Shown: positions 29,757 to 39,913 of the stretch, one piece after another
Layout: each line of letters begins with the position of its first letter
Position numbering within the stretch: the stretch's first letter is position 1
Assembly (NCBI GenBank): GCA_041906785.1
Contig: JAYRIM010000028.1
Location: 35,934 to 99,933 of the forward strand
Reading direction: 5' to 3'
Length of the DNA stretch: 64,000 bases
Source: Candidatus Levyibacteriota bacterium
GTDB lineage: Bacteria > Patescibacteriota > Microgenomatia > Levybacterales > UBA12049
Program-made: the position numbers and the translations under genes
The notes under the pieces: model-generated
The model's database searches: none
What the model saw: the letters and a program-made list of their open reading frames with translations, nothing else
What the model was told of the DNA's origin: nothing

Positions 29757-30670
29757 GTAAAACATCATCCGTTTCTGTTGTCATTTCCGCATTTAATGAG
29801 GAAAAAAAGATTAGAGAATGTATTGAATCAGTTCAGTGGGCTGCTGAAATTATTCTTATAGATAACACCTCAACAGATAGCACCGCCGCAATAGCGAAAA
29901 AGCTTGGTGCGAAAGTATATACGCGTAAAAATAATCTGATGCTCAATGTAAATAAAAACTTCGGTTTTTCGAAAGCATCACACAACTGGATACTAAGCCT
30001 TGATGCAGATGAGAGAATTACTCCAGATTTACAAAAAGAAATTATTGAAACATTGTCTAATGAAAATCTTCAGTACAATGCTTTTTCTATTCCTAGGAAA
30101 AATATTATTTTTGGAAAATGGATAGAACATACTGGTTGGTATCCTGATTATCAATTGCGCTTATTTAAAAAAAATTTTGGAAAATTCGAAGAAAGGCATG
30201 TTCATGAGCAGATTGTAGTAGAAGGGCAGATAAGTACATTGAAAAATCCTATGACTCATATGCACTATGATTCAATCTCGCAATTCCTCCATAAAACATT
30301 TATTATTTACGCTCCAAACGAAGCATCTGAATACTTGCGAAAAGGATATCAATTTAATTATCTTGATGCTTTACGGTTCCCTCTTAATGAGTTTTTTAGT
30401 CGATATTTTGCTCGTGAAGGATATAAAGATGGTCTACATGGTTTAGTATTATCATTATTAATGGCAGCCTATCATTTAGTAGTTTTTTCTCTCATTTGGG
30501 AACAAAAAAATTTTATTGAGAAAGATAATATTGAACATGAAGTAGAAGAAGAATTAAAAAAAGAGTCTAGAGATATGCGATATTGGTTTACTACATTATC
30601 ACTTAACAGATCTTCAAATATTTTAAGAGAAATATTCTTGCGATTAAAAAGAAAGATGTATACTCGTTAA
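29753..30670 (+). CDS. GT2 glycosyltransferase (beta-1,4-glucosyltransferase-like)
   Basis: AFNEE, DNTSTD, WILSLDADER, WYPDYQLRLF, VHE. Confidence 0.9.
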   Translation: MSKTSSVSVVISAFNEEKKIRECIESVQWAAEIILIDNTSTDSTAAIAKKLGAKVYTRKNNLMLNVNKNFGFSKASHNWILSLDADERITPDLQKEIIETLSNENLQYNAFSIPRKNIIFGKWIEHTGWYPDYQLRLFKKNFGKFEERHVHEQIVVEGQISTLKNPMTHMHYDSISQFLHKTFIIYAPNEASEYLRKGYQFNYLDALRFPLNEFFSRYFAREGYKDGLHGLVLSLLMAAYHLVVFSLIWEQKNFIEKDNIEHEVEEELKKESRDMRYWFTTLSLNRSSNILREIFLRLKRKMYTR

Positions 30671-30679
30671 TAATGAAAT

Positions 30680-31336
30680 ATGAAACGTTTTGGTCATTAT
30701 TTTGCTTTATTTTGCTACCTTTTGATAATTACAAATATTTTATATATTGATTTATTTATTCTAACAAAAAAAGACAGCGATCCTAACACCATTTTCCGCA
30801 GTGAAAATCCCCAAGTAGAGAAAAAACTATCCGATCAAATTATTACAGAAGAATCAAGTGTTCTTTGCGATGCAGCATGTATCTCAAAAATATATGCTTC
30901 AATTGAAAACGCCACAAAGTCAGCATTAAAAGCGATTCCGAAAAACAGTAATACAATTCAAAATACCTCAACGGTAAAAGAGTTTTTTATTCCATTCGGA
31001 TCTGGATTTTCATCTGCTGAAGAATGGACAGATGTTCCTGGTATGTCTGCTACAATAGATACGAATAATTATAAGAAAATAAAAACTGTTTTTTTTGAAG
31101 CATCGCTTCGTATTCCTACAGGGAATCAGAAAGCATATGCTCGGTTGTTCAATATAACGGATAAGCATCCTGTATGGTTTTCTGAAGTTTCTATTGAAGG
31201 AGGAACTCCAACCCTCGTAACATCCCAACCAATTACTTTAGATGAAGGAAATAACGTATATCAAGTACAGATGAAGACTAGTTTAAAATATCAGAGTTTT
31301 ATTGATCAAGCGAGAATTAAAATTACTATTCAATAA
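30680..31336 (+). CDS. Hypothetical membrane-anchored extracellular protein
   Basis: N-terminal TM, CxxxC, Ser/Thr/Asn-rich linker, beta-rich C-terminal domain. Confidence 0.7.
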   Translation: MKRFGHYFALFCYLLIITNILYIDLFILTKKDSDPNTIFRSENPQVEKKLSDQIITEESSVLCDAACISKIYASIENATKSALKAIPKNSNTIQNTSTVKEFFIPFGSGFSSAEEWTDVPGMSATIDTNNYKKIKTVFFEASLRIPTGNQKAYARLFNITDKHPVWFSEVSIEGGTPTLVTSQPITLDEGNNVYQVQMKTSLKYQSFIDQARIKITIQ

Positions 31337-32247
31337 TGAAAAAGGTTCTCATTTCTCTTATTACATTCAATTCTGAAAAAGAAACATTAGCGTGTTTAAC
31401 TTCTTTAGAGCAAATTGATAAAGACGGCATTTCTCTAGAAATAGTAGTGGTCGATAATGCTTCAAAAATACACTTTGAGTTGCCGAAAAAACATGAGTCA
31501 TTACCAATAAAAATAATGAGAGTTGAAAAAAACATTGGTTTTTCCGGAGGTCACAATATGTCATTACGTTATGCGTTAGAACATGATATAGATTATGTTG
31601 TTTTATTAAATAACGACACAGTAGTAGAGAAAAATTTCTTAAAAGGTTTATTGAAGGCTGCAGAAGAAAACGATGCAGGTTTAGTCAGCCCTAAAATCTA
31701 TTTTTCAAATGGATCAGAGTTTCATAAAGATAGATATAAAAAAGAAGAACTTGGGAAAGTAATATGGTATGCAGGTGGAACAATGGATTGGAATAACATA
31801 ATTGGTAAACACCGAGGTGTAGATGAAGTAGATAGAGGACAATATCAGAATATCGAAAGTATATGTTTCGCGACAGGATGCTGCATGCTCATTAAAAAAG
31901 ATGTAGTAGAAAAGGTTGGAATATTAGATGAACGATATTTTCTCTATTATGAAGATGCAGATTATAGCGAGCGTGTAAAAAATGCTGGATTTTCAATATA
32001 CTATACACCTGAATCCATCATTTGGCATGAGAACGCTGGCTCTGCAGGTGGATCGGGGTCTATATTGCAGGATTATTTTATAAGTAGAAATAGATTATTA
32101 TTTGGTTTGCAATACGCACCATACAGATCTCGTATAGCCTTATTGCGAGAGAGTTTTCAACTTTTAGTAAATGGAAGGAAATGGCAGAAAAACGGAGTTA
32201 TTGATTTTTATTTAAGAAAATTTGGTAGAGGAACTTTCGAAATATAA
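31336..32247 (+). CDS. GT2 glycosyltransferase (WbbL/rhamnosyltransferase-like)
   Basis: VVDNAS, NIGFSGG.N, LLNND, GCCMLI, YFLYYEDAD. Confidence 0.9.
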   Translation: MKKVLISLITFNSEKETLACLTSLEQIDKDGISLEIVVVDNASKIHFELPKKHESLPIKIMRVEKNIGFSGGHNMSLRYALEHDIDYVVLLNNDTVVEKNFLKGLLKAAEENDAGLVSPKIYFSNGSEFHKDRYKKEELGKVIWYAGGTMDWNNIIGKHRGVDEVDRGQYQNIESICFATGCCMLIKKDVVEKVGILDERYFLYYEDADYSERVKNAGFSIYYTPESIIWHENAGSAGGSGSILQDYFISRNRLLFGLQYAPYRSRIALLRESFQLLVNGRKWQKNGVIDFYLRKFGRGTFEI

Positions 32248-32265
32248 TGTCCAGTATACTGGACA
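32248..32265. repeat. Perfect 18-bp palindrome in intergenic spacer
   Basis: TGTCCAGTATACTGGACA equals its own reverse complement. Confidence 0.9.
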
Positions 32266-32275
32266 GCACTGTGCG

Positions 32276-33040
32276 ATGAATAAATTGTCTGCAATAATTT
32301 TAGCGAAGAACGAGGAGCAACTAATAGCTGATTGTATTGATTCAGTTTCTTTTTGTGATGAAATTATTGTTATTGATAATAATTCAGAAGATAGAACTGC
32401 GGAAATTGCAGAGAAAATGAATGTGAAAGTATATAAAGAAAAAAGTACTAACTTTTCTGAATTAAGAAATATCGGCATGAAAAAAGCGAGGGGTAACTGG
32501 GTGTTGTATGTTGACGCGGATGAACGTGTGAATGATGTATTGCGGAGACATATTCAACAAAATATTGCGAATAACGGAAACAGCAAAATAATAGCATATA
32601 CAGTGAAGAGAAAAAATTTTTACTTAGGAAATAACGAATGGCCTGTTATAGAATCATTTGATAGGTTATTTAAGAAAAAATATTTTAAAGAATGGAGTGG
32701 AGAGCTTCATGAAACACCATATTACGAAGGTGAAAGTCATATGCTTGATGGTTTTTTACTGCATTATACACATCGAGATCTTTATTCAATGCTTGAAAAA
32801 ACAATTCAATGGTCTGCTATAGAAGCACAACTGCGTTTTGATGCGAATCATCCGAAAATGACGTGGTGGAGATTTCCACGCGTAATGATAACAGCATTTT
32901 ATGATTATTATATAACGCAAAAAGGATATAAGGTCGGAACAGCAGGATTAATTGAAAGTATGTATCAAGCATTTAGTATATTTATAACTTATGCAAGACT
33001 TTGGGAATTGCAGAATAAATATCAAAATAAAGCAACATGA
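32276..33040 (+). CDS. GT2 glycosyltransferase (beta-1,4-glucosyltransferase-like)
   Basis: AKNEE, DNNSED, WVLYVDADER, LHE; start chosen at ATG 32276. Confidence 0.9.
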   Translation: MNKLSAIILAKNEEQLIADCIDSVSFCDEIIVIDNNSEDRTAEIAEKMNVKVYKEKSTNFSELRNIGMKKARGNWVLYVDADERVNDVLRRHIQQNIANNGNSKIIAYTVKRKNFYLGNNEWPVIESFDRLFKKKYFKEWSGELHETPYYEGESHMLDGFLLHYTHRDLYSMLEKTIQWSAIEAQLRFDANHPKMTWWRFPRVMITAFYDYYITQKGYKVGTAGLIESMYQAFSIFITYARLWELQNKYQNKAT

Positions 33041-35274
33041 AAACATTTTTTCTTCGGTATTATTCAATTATTTATATACTGCTCGTCTGGCTGCTTTTTT
33101 CATTCCCATATTTTTTTCAAGGATTAGTGCCTTATCCATCCACTTATCAAGTTAATTTTTTCCCTCCATGGAGACATTATCAAGAATGGGCAGGCCCTGT
33201 GAAAAACAATGCGATGCCGGATGTGATCGATCAAATATATCCATGGAAACACTTTACAATCGAATGGATGAAGCAAGGAGTTATCCCTTTGTGGAATCCT
33301 TATAATTTTGCAGGAAATCCTCATGTTGGTAATTATCAATCAGCGGTTTACTCTCCTTTTAATCTTTTTTATTTCATACTGCCTTTCATTGATGCATGGT
33401 CTCTAACAGTTCTTTTACAACCCCTTATAGCTGGATTATCGACATATCTTTTTGTACGTGAATTAAAAATAAGTAAAGCAGGTTCTATATTAGCGAGTGT
33501 ATCGTATATGTTTTGTGGATTTATTGTAGTATGGATGGCATATGGAACCCTCTCAATGGCGATTGCTTTCCTCCCTTTAGCACTGTACAGCATTGAAAAA
33601 GTTTATGCTTCAAAAAAAATACGGTATTTACTATTCTTTCCAATCACAATAGCAATATCTTTTTTCTCTGGACATTTCCAGACAAGTTTATATTTTGCGT
33701 TATATACCCTTTGTTTTATCCTATTTAAAATAATTACCAATAAGAAAGAAAAAAAACTGCACTTTTTTGTAATAATGTTTTTCATTATTGGAATACTCAT
33801 TAGTTTGCTTCAAGTGATTCCTACAATACGTTTATATAGTACATCTGTGAGAAGTGAACTAGTTCATGCAGGAGGTGGCATTCCTTTCGATCATTTAATC
33901 ACAATCGTAGCACCAGATTTTTTTGGAAATCCAGTTACACGTAATGATTGGGTTGGGAACTATGCAGAATGGGCTTCTTTTATCGGTATCATTCCTTTCT
34001 TTTTCGCACTTGTCTCAGTATTAAAAGGTAAAAAACAAACGATTTTTTTTGGCTGCATGGCTTTTATCACGTTATTATTATCGATGGATACACCTATACA
34101 TAGTCTTCTTATTAAATCTGGAATTCCTGTTATTGCTACCAGTATTCCATCACGAATGATTGTGTTAAGCAGTTTTTCATTAGCCATATTAAGTGCTTTT
34201 GGTATGGATGCGTATGTAAATAGGCATGCGAAAAAAGAAACATTGTTTATTATTTTCTTTTTAGGTGTAGCATTAAGCATTGTTATATTCTCATTAGCAG
34301 TTTTTCATGTATTACCAGACGAAAAAAACAATCTTGCATTAAAGAATAGCATTGTTCCCATTGTATTTTGGTTTATACTGACAGTTTTTATCGCAGGAGA
34401 ATATATTTTTAAAAATATTAAAAAATTATCTATCGGCATCAGCATCCTGATTCTTTTAGCAACTATAGATAGCCTGCGGTTTGGATCGAAATGGATGCCA
34501 TTCGATCCAAGATCACTCGTGTTTCCCGAAGTTCCTGTTATAGCCGCTATGAAAAAAAATATAGGAAATGGGAGAGTTTTCGGAAATCTTGGTACTGAAG
34601 TAACAACGTATTATGGTTTAAGTTCTCTAGAAGGGTATGATCCTCTTTATAATAAACGATATGGTGAATTGGTACGTTATGCAATAGATGGCACATGGTT
34701 ACCTGCAGAACGTTCTGTCGCGAAGATAGATCGTAAAGGTAAGTATACGGATACACTTATCGATTTACTAGCGGTTACTATCCTTTTCCATCCTCGGGCA
34801 GATACGAACCAAGTCTGGGCATATCCTATTTGGGAAAAAGAAAAAAAATACACCTTAGTTTATGAAGACAAAAAGTTCCAGATATTTAGAAACAACACAG
34901 CATTGCCTAGAGCGGCATTATTTTATAACTATGTGGTTAAGCAAAATGGACATGATATTCTAGCGACGCTTTTTTCAAAAGACTTTTCTTTTAGGAATAC
35001 ACTTCTTTTAGAAAAAAAACCTTTACGTGTTGAAAAAACTCATGTTGGTGTAGGAAAAGTCGAAATCGTTAGCTACATGCCAAATAAAGTTACTATTCAT
35101 GTCGAGAGTTCGGCTCCGGCTTTACTGTTTTTATCAGATACCTTTTATCCCCAATGGCTCGCAACACTAAACGGTAAAAAGACAGAGATTTTTAGAGCAG
35201 ATTATGCATTCCGTGCGGTAGAAGTTCCAAAAGGAAAAAGTACTGTGGAGTTTATATATAGAGAATTATTTTGA
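33037..35274 (+). CDS. YfhO-family membrane protein (putative GT-C)
   Basis: D...QIYPW, PLWNPY.FAG.P, GHFQ, PDFFGNP, GYDPL, FYPQW. Confidence 0.85.
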   Translation: MKTFFLRYYSIIYILLVWLLFSFPYFFQGLVPYPSTYQVNFFPPWRHYQEWAGPVKNNAMPDVIDQIYPWKHFTIEWMKQGVIPLWNPYNFAGNPHVGNYQSAVYSPFNLFYFILPFIDAWSLTVLLQPLIAGLSTYLFVRELKISKAGSILASVSYMFCGFIVVWMAYGTLSMAIAFLPLALYSIEKVYASKKIRYLLFFPITIAISFFSGHFQTSLYFALYTLCFILFKIITNKKEKKLHFFVIMFFIIGILISLLQVIPTIRLYSTSVRSELVHAGGGIPFDHLITIVAPDFFGNPVTRNDWVGNYAEWASFIGIIPFFFALVSVLKGKKQTIFFGCMAFITLLLSMDTPIHSLLIKSGIPVIATSIPSRMIVLSSFSLAILSAFGMDAYVNRHAKKETLFIIFFLGVALSIVIFSLAVFHVLPDEKNNLALKNSIVPIVFWFILTVFIAGEYIFKNIKKLSIGISILILLATIDSLRFGSKWMPFDPRSLVFPEVPVIAAMKKNIGNGRVFGNLGTEVTTYYGLSSLEGYDPLYNKRYGELVRYAIDGTWLPAERSVAKIDRKGKYTDTLIDLLAVTILFHPRADTNQVWAYPIWEKEKKYTLVYEDKKFQIFRNNTALPRAALFYNYVVKQNGHDILATLFSKDFSFRNTLLLEKKPLRVEKTHVGVGKVEIVSYMPNKVTIHVESSAPALLFLSDTFYPQWLATLNGKKTEIFRADYAFRAVEVPKGKSTVEFIYRELF

Positions 35275-35505
35275 TTTTCTTCTTAAATGTTTAAACCAAC
35301 CTGTAATTTCATGCACTGTTAAGCGGTGTTTTGCGAATCTAAAGAGATAAATAATCTCAAGAAGCCCTACAGTATTAAAAATGAGCATAGGAATAAACCA
35401 ATATTTGTTACCTTCTTTTGCTGCTCGCCATAATGCTAAACCTTTCCAAATTGAGGCCCAGATGAGGAGAAGATAGATAAGCGTATAGTTTGGCTGTTGA
35501 GTCAT
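35266..35505 (-). CDS. DUF5652-like small membrane protein
   Basis: W...WKGLALWRAA....WFI....NT.G.LEIIY; start 35505 lies 7 nt after TG-g-TATGAT. Confidence 0.8.
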   Translation of the reverse strand: MTQQPNYTLIYLLLIWASIWKGLALWRAAKEGNKYWFIPMLIFNTVGLLEIIYLFRFAKHRLTVHEITGWFKHLRRKSK

Positions 35506-35573
35506 ACTTCTCATCATACCAGCCTTGCTTCGCATATGCAAGTGTAAGAAAACCTGGTAAAATAATTTTAATC

Positions 35574-36644
35574 ATGAGAATTGGTATCTATGATCCTTAT
35601 CTGGACACAATGTCAGGTGGGGAAAAATATATGTTAACTGCTGCAAGTTGTCTAGTATCAGAGCATAACGTATCAATTTTTTGGAATGATGAAGAGTTTA
35701 TTAGAACAGAAGCTATAAGAAAATTCGGTATAGATTTACAAAATATATCATTTCATAAAAACATTTTTAATCAAGATACGTCTCTTATTTCGCGATTATC
35801 TGAATCCCAAAAGTATGATTACATCATTTTTCTAAGTGATGGAAGTATACCACTTATCGCTTGTAGTCTTATTCTCCATTTTCAAACACCTGTCGAATGG
35901 GTAATAAATAATCCAATAAAAACTAAGATAAAGTTATTAAGAACAAAAAAAATTATTTGTAATTCTTTCTACACTAAAAAATACATTGATAAAAAATACG
36001 GAGTAAACAGTGACGTTCTATATCCTCCTATAACTATTGGTGAGGAAATACAAAAAGTAAAAAAAGAAAATATTATTCTTAATATTGGAAGATTCGGTAT
36101 ACAAATGGCAGGATCAAGTTATAAAAAACAAGAAATACTCGTCGATGTATTTAAAGAGATGGTAAAAAAAGGATTAAAGAATTGGTCATTAGTATTGCTG
36201 GTCAGCGGAGCGGAAGATGATCTTAAAAAACTTGATACTTTAAAAGATTCTGCGAAAGGGTATCCAATAGAATTTGTATCTAATCCAAATAAAGATTTTT
36301 TCTGGAAATATTGTAGAAAAAGTAAGATTTATTGGCATGCCTCAGGCTATGGAGAAGATCTTTTTAAACATCCAGACCGTGCCGAACATTTCGGAATGTC
36401 AACAGTAGAAGCAATGAGTGTAGGTAATGTGCCAATTGTTATCAATGCTGGTGGCCAACCAGAAATCGTCCAAGATAATAAAAACGGTTATGTATGGAAT
36501 ACGATTGAAGAATTAATGCAAAAAACAAACAAAATTATAAAAGATCCGAAACTTTGGGAATCTTTCTCAGAAGAAGCAATAGATTCTGCAAAGCGTTTTA
36601 GTAAAGAAAGATTTTGTAAAGAACTTAGAGATATTTTTATATGA
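35574..36644 (+). CDS. GT4 glycosyltransferase (ALG11-like motifs)
   Basis: YL.T..GGEKY, NSFYT, LYPP, EHFGMSTVEAM (Ex7E); start chosen at ATG 35574. Confidence 0.9.
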   Translation: MRIGIYDPYLDTMSGGEKYMLTAASCLVSEHNVSIFWNDEEFIRTEAIRKFGIDLQNISFHKNIFNQDTSLISRLSESQKYDYIIFLSDGSIPLIACSLILHFQTPVEWVINNPIKTKIKLLRTKKIICNSFYTKKYIDKKYGVNSDVLYPPITIGEEIQKVKKENIILNIGRFGIQMAGSSYKKQEILVDVFKEMVKKGLKNWSLVLLVSGAEDDLKKLDTLKDSAKGYPIEFVSNPNKDFFWKYCRKSKIYWHASGYGEDLFKHPDRAEHFGMSTVEAMSVGNVPIVINAGGQPEIVQDNKNGYVWNTIEELMQKTNKIIKDPKLWESFSEEAIDSAKRFSKERFCKELRDIFI

Positions 36645-38953
36645 AAGAGAAACTATTCCCTTTACTATTCCTCTTTATCATTTTCATTTTTTTCAATCCG
36701 CTATTCCTCTCGGGTAAAGTGCCTATCGCTTCTGATACGATTGTCGGTCTCTATCATCCATATAGAGATGTGTATGCTAAAGAGTATCCACGAGGTATAC
36801 CATTTAAAAACGCTCTCATAACAGATCCTATTAGACAGCAGTATCCTTGGAGAATATTAACAATTAATGTATTAAAGCAATTAGATCTTCCGCTGTGGAA
36901 TCCATATGCTTTTTCAGGAACACCTTTGTTAGGAAATCTCCAGAATGCTGCTTTCTATCCTTTAAATGTATTATTTTTCTTTTTTCCATTCGAAATCGCC
37001 TGGACCATTTTAGTCTTCTTACAGCCTTTTCTCTCTGGAATCTTTCTTTATTTTTATTTAAGAAAAATTAACCTTCAGCAGCTTTCGTCTTTTTTAGGTG
37101 GAGTTGTTTTTGCTTTTTGCGGATTTAATGTTGCATGGTTAGAATGGAATACTATTGTCCACACAGCATTATGGCTTCCCCTAATACTTTTAGCAAAGGA
37201 ATATTTATTAGAAAAGATAACCTGGAAATGGGTTATTATTTTAATTTTTGCTGAATCTTCCCAATTCTTTGCAGGACATCTTCAAATTTGGTTTTATTCT
37301 TTTCTTATTAGTAATGTATATTTATGGATTCGTATTTGGTCAATAACAAAACCAGAACAGATATCTTTTAAATCAACTTTTTTTTCTTTTTTTCGAAAGT
37401 ATAAACCTTTCATGTGGATCGGTTTTTTTATTCTTCTTCTTACTTCAATTGTTTGGATTCAAACGTTTCAGTTTATAGGATTATCATCTAGAGATATCGA
37501 TGTTCAATGGCAAAAGGAAGGTTGGTTTTTACCATGGCAACATCTTATTCAATTTGTAATACCAGATTTCTTCGGTAATCCGTCTACATTAAACTACTGG
37601 GGAGTTTGGAATTATGGGGAATTTATTGGTTATGTTAGTTTACTGCCGTTATTATTTGCAATATATTCACTGCTATTTCGATATGATAAAAAAACATTTT
37701 TTTTTGGAACATTATTTTTTGTTTCACTTATTTTTTCTTTACCTTCTTTCCTATCTACGTCTATTTTTCTTTTACATATTCCTTTTTTGTCTACAGCTCA
37801 GCCAACCAGACTTTTATTCATTACGGATTTTTCCCTTGCAGTATTAGCAGCATTAGGATGTGATAACTTTCTTAAAAAGAAAACCAGAATCTATCTTCCT
37901 CTTCTTGCGATGAGTTCTTTGTTTATCTTACTATGGACTTTTATCTTTCTCGGAAATACTATGTTTCATATTCCTCTTGATTATCTTGCTACAGCAAAAC
38001 GAAATAGTATTCTTCCCACCCTCATTTTTATCAGTCTTTGTGTATTTCTTTTACTCTATATAAAAGTAACTATTAAATATAAACAAGCTATTGTTATCAT
38101 TCTGCTTGTAATAACATTGTTTGATTTGTATAGATTTCATACGAAATTTAATACATTTTCAAATGCAGCATACCTTTATCCCACGACGGAAACGATCTCA
38201 TTCTTAAAGAAAAATCTTGGGAATTACCGTATTATGTCCTTAGACTCACGAATATTGCCACCAAATTTCCCATCAGTTTATAAGTTACAAAGTATTGAAG
38301 GGTACGATCCTTTATACTTAAGAAGATACGCTGAATTGATAGCTGCCTCTGAACGAGGAGAACCAAATATAAATCCTCCATTTGGGTTAAATCGTATTAT
38401 TACTCCACATAATTTTAACTCAAAAGTAATTGACTTACTTAGTGTAAAATATATATTGAGTTTGTCTGATATTTCATCACCGAAAGTGAAAAAAGTTTTT
38501 CAAGAGGGAGAAACAAGAATTTATCAAAACCTCTTAGCACAACCTAAAGTTTTCTTAGTTAAGAAGACATCTTACGCAAAAAATAAAAGTGACGCAATTA
38601 AAAAAATGTTTAATGAAAGTTTTAATATAAAAGATGAAGCGATTGTGGAAGATAAGAGAATTGTGAGAGGGAAACCTATTGAAAGAAATTGGTCAGGGGG
38701 AGAAGTTAAAGTTTTGCAATACAGTGAAAATAAAATTAGTATTGAAACGAATATTGAAAGAAGTGAAAATCATGAAAATGAAGGTTTCGTTGTATTAACA
38801 GATACATACTATCCTGGATGGAGGGCATTTATAATAAATAAGGAAACGGATTTTTCATATGATACTGATATACTCCGAACAGATTATAATTTTCGAGGGA
38901 TTATTGTACCAGAAGGGAAAAGTGAAATTCTTTTAATAATTGGTCTTTTTTAG
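36641..38953 (+). CDS. YfhO-family membrane protein (putative GT-C)
   Basis: D...QQYPW, PLWNPY.FSG.P, GHLQ, PDFFGNP, GYDPL, YYPGW. Confidence 0.85.
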   Translation: MKEKLFPLLFLFIIFIFFNPLFLSGKVPIASDTIVGLYHPYRDVYAKEYPRGIPFKNALITDPIRQQYPWRILTINVLKQLDLPLWNPYAFSGTPLLGNLQNAAFYPLNVLFFFFPFEIAWTILVFLQPFLSGIFLYFYLRKINLQQLSSFLGGVVFAFCGFNVAWLEWNTIVHTALWLPLILLAKEYLLEKITWKWVIILIFAESSQFFAGHLQIWFYSFLISNVYLWIRIWSITKPEQISFKSTFFSFFRKYKPFMWIGFFILLLTSIVWIQTFQFIGLSSRDIDVQWQKEGWFLPWQHLIQFVIPDFFGNPSTLNYWGVWNYGEFIGYVSLLPLLFAIYSLLFRYDKKTFFFGTLFFVSLIFSLPSFLSTSIFLLHIPFLSTAQPTRLLFITDFSLAVLAALGCDNFLKKKTRIYLPLLAMSSLFILLWTFIFLGNTMFHIPLDYLATAKRNSILPTLIFISLCVFLLLYIKVTIKYKQAIVIILLVITLFDLYRFHTKFNTFSNAAYLYPTTETISFLKKNLGNYRIMSLDSRILPPNFPSVYKLQSIEGYDPLYLRRYAELIAASERGEPNINPPFGLNRIITPHNFNSKVIDLLSVKYILSLSDISSPKVKKVFQEGETRIYQNLLAQPKVFLVKKTSYAKNKSDAIKKMFNESFNIKDEAIVEDKRIVRGKPIERNWSGGEVKVLQYSENKISIETNIERSENHENEGFVVLTDTYYPGWRAFIINKETDFSYDTDILRTDYNFRGIIVPEGKSEILLIIGLF

Positions 38954-38961
38954 TATTTACT

Positions 38962-39912
38962 ATGAGGTTGAGTATTATCATTCCAAATTATAATGGGGAA
39001 GAATTATTAAGGAAAAATCTTCCGGATGTTATCGATGCGCTTTCTTCTTTTTTAAAAAATCATAATGAAAAAGGAGAAATTATTATTGTTGATGACGCGT
39101 CTGAGGATCATTCTGTAGCTTTTATCCAGGAGGTTCAAATAGTGTTGCGTAAAAGTTCACTAATCACTCTAAAATCTTTAGTGAATAATAAAAATCATGG
39201 TTTCTCTTCAACGGTTAATAAAGGAGTTTCTGCAGCTGATGGTGAGATAATCGTACTTTTAAATACAGATGTATCACCGGAAAAGGATTTTCTTTCAGCT
39301 CTTGTAAAACATTTCAGTAACGAACAAATTTTTGCTGTCGGATGCATGGATAAAAGTATAGAAAATGGGGATATTGTTTTTCGTGGACGGGGGGTAGGCA
39401 GCTGGCAAAAAGGATTACTTGTACACAAAAAAGGAGATATCAATAAAATGAACACGCTTTGGGCAAGCGGTGGAAGTAGTGCATTTAATAAGAAACTTTG
39501 GGAATCGTTAGGTGGGCTTTATGATATTTATAATCCATTTTATTGGGAAGATATTGATTTGTCATATAGAGCACAAAAAGCAGGATATATTGTTCTTTTT
39601 GAAAAAGAAAGCATTGTTACACATAAGCATGAATCAGGTGTAATTAAAACACGATATTCTCATGCTGATATTCTTACAATTGCCTACCGTAACCAGTTTC
39701 TTTTCGTGTGGATAAACGTCAGTGATATAAATATTTTACTCGAACATCTTGCATGGTTGCCTTACCATATCCTCTCTGCTTTTCTTAGAGGTGATGTTTT
39801 ATTATTAAAAGGATTTTTTAAGGCATTTTTCCTATTACCTCAAGCATTGTCGTATAGGGGGAAAACCCAACAGTTCCATATTAAAAAAGATAGTGAGATT
39901 GTAGTATCATAA
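38962..39912 (+). CDS. GT2 glycosyltransferase (WbbL-like)
   Basis: IPNYNG, VDDASED, GFS..VN.G, LLNTD, FYWEDIDL.YR. Confidence 0.9.
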   Translation: MRLSIIIPNYNGEELLRKNLPDVIDALSSFLKNHNEKGEIIIVDDASEDHSVAFIQEVQIVLRKSSLITLKSLVNNKNHGFSSTVNKGVSAADGEIIVLLNTDVSPEKDFLSALVKHFSNEQIFAVGCMDKSIENGDIVFRGRGVGSWQKGLLVHKKGDINKMNTLWASGGSSAFNKKLWESLGGLYDIYNPFYWEDIDLSYRAQKAGYIVLFEKESIVTHKHESGVIKTRYSHADILTIAYRNQFLFVWINVSDINILLEHLAWLPYHILSAFLRGDVLLLKGFFKAFFLLPQALSYRGKTQQFHIKKDSEIVVS

Positions 39913-39913
39913 A

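Noticed and set aside
28293-33040. Classical Wzx/Wzy O-antigen or LPS locus
   Set aside because: No recognisable Wzy, Wzz, WaaL or lipid A genes; the locus is dominated by GT-C enzymes
38641-38785. Weak ATTG/GAAAAT periodicity in the C-terminal region of the 36641 YfhO gene
   Set aside because: Periods are multiples of 3 and explained by amino-acid composition
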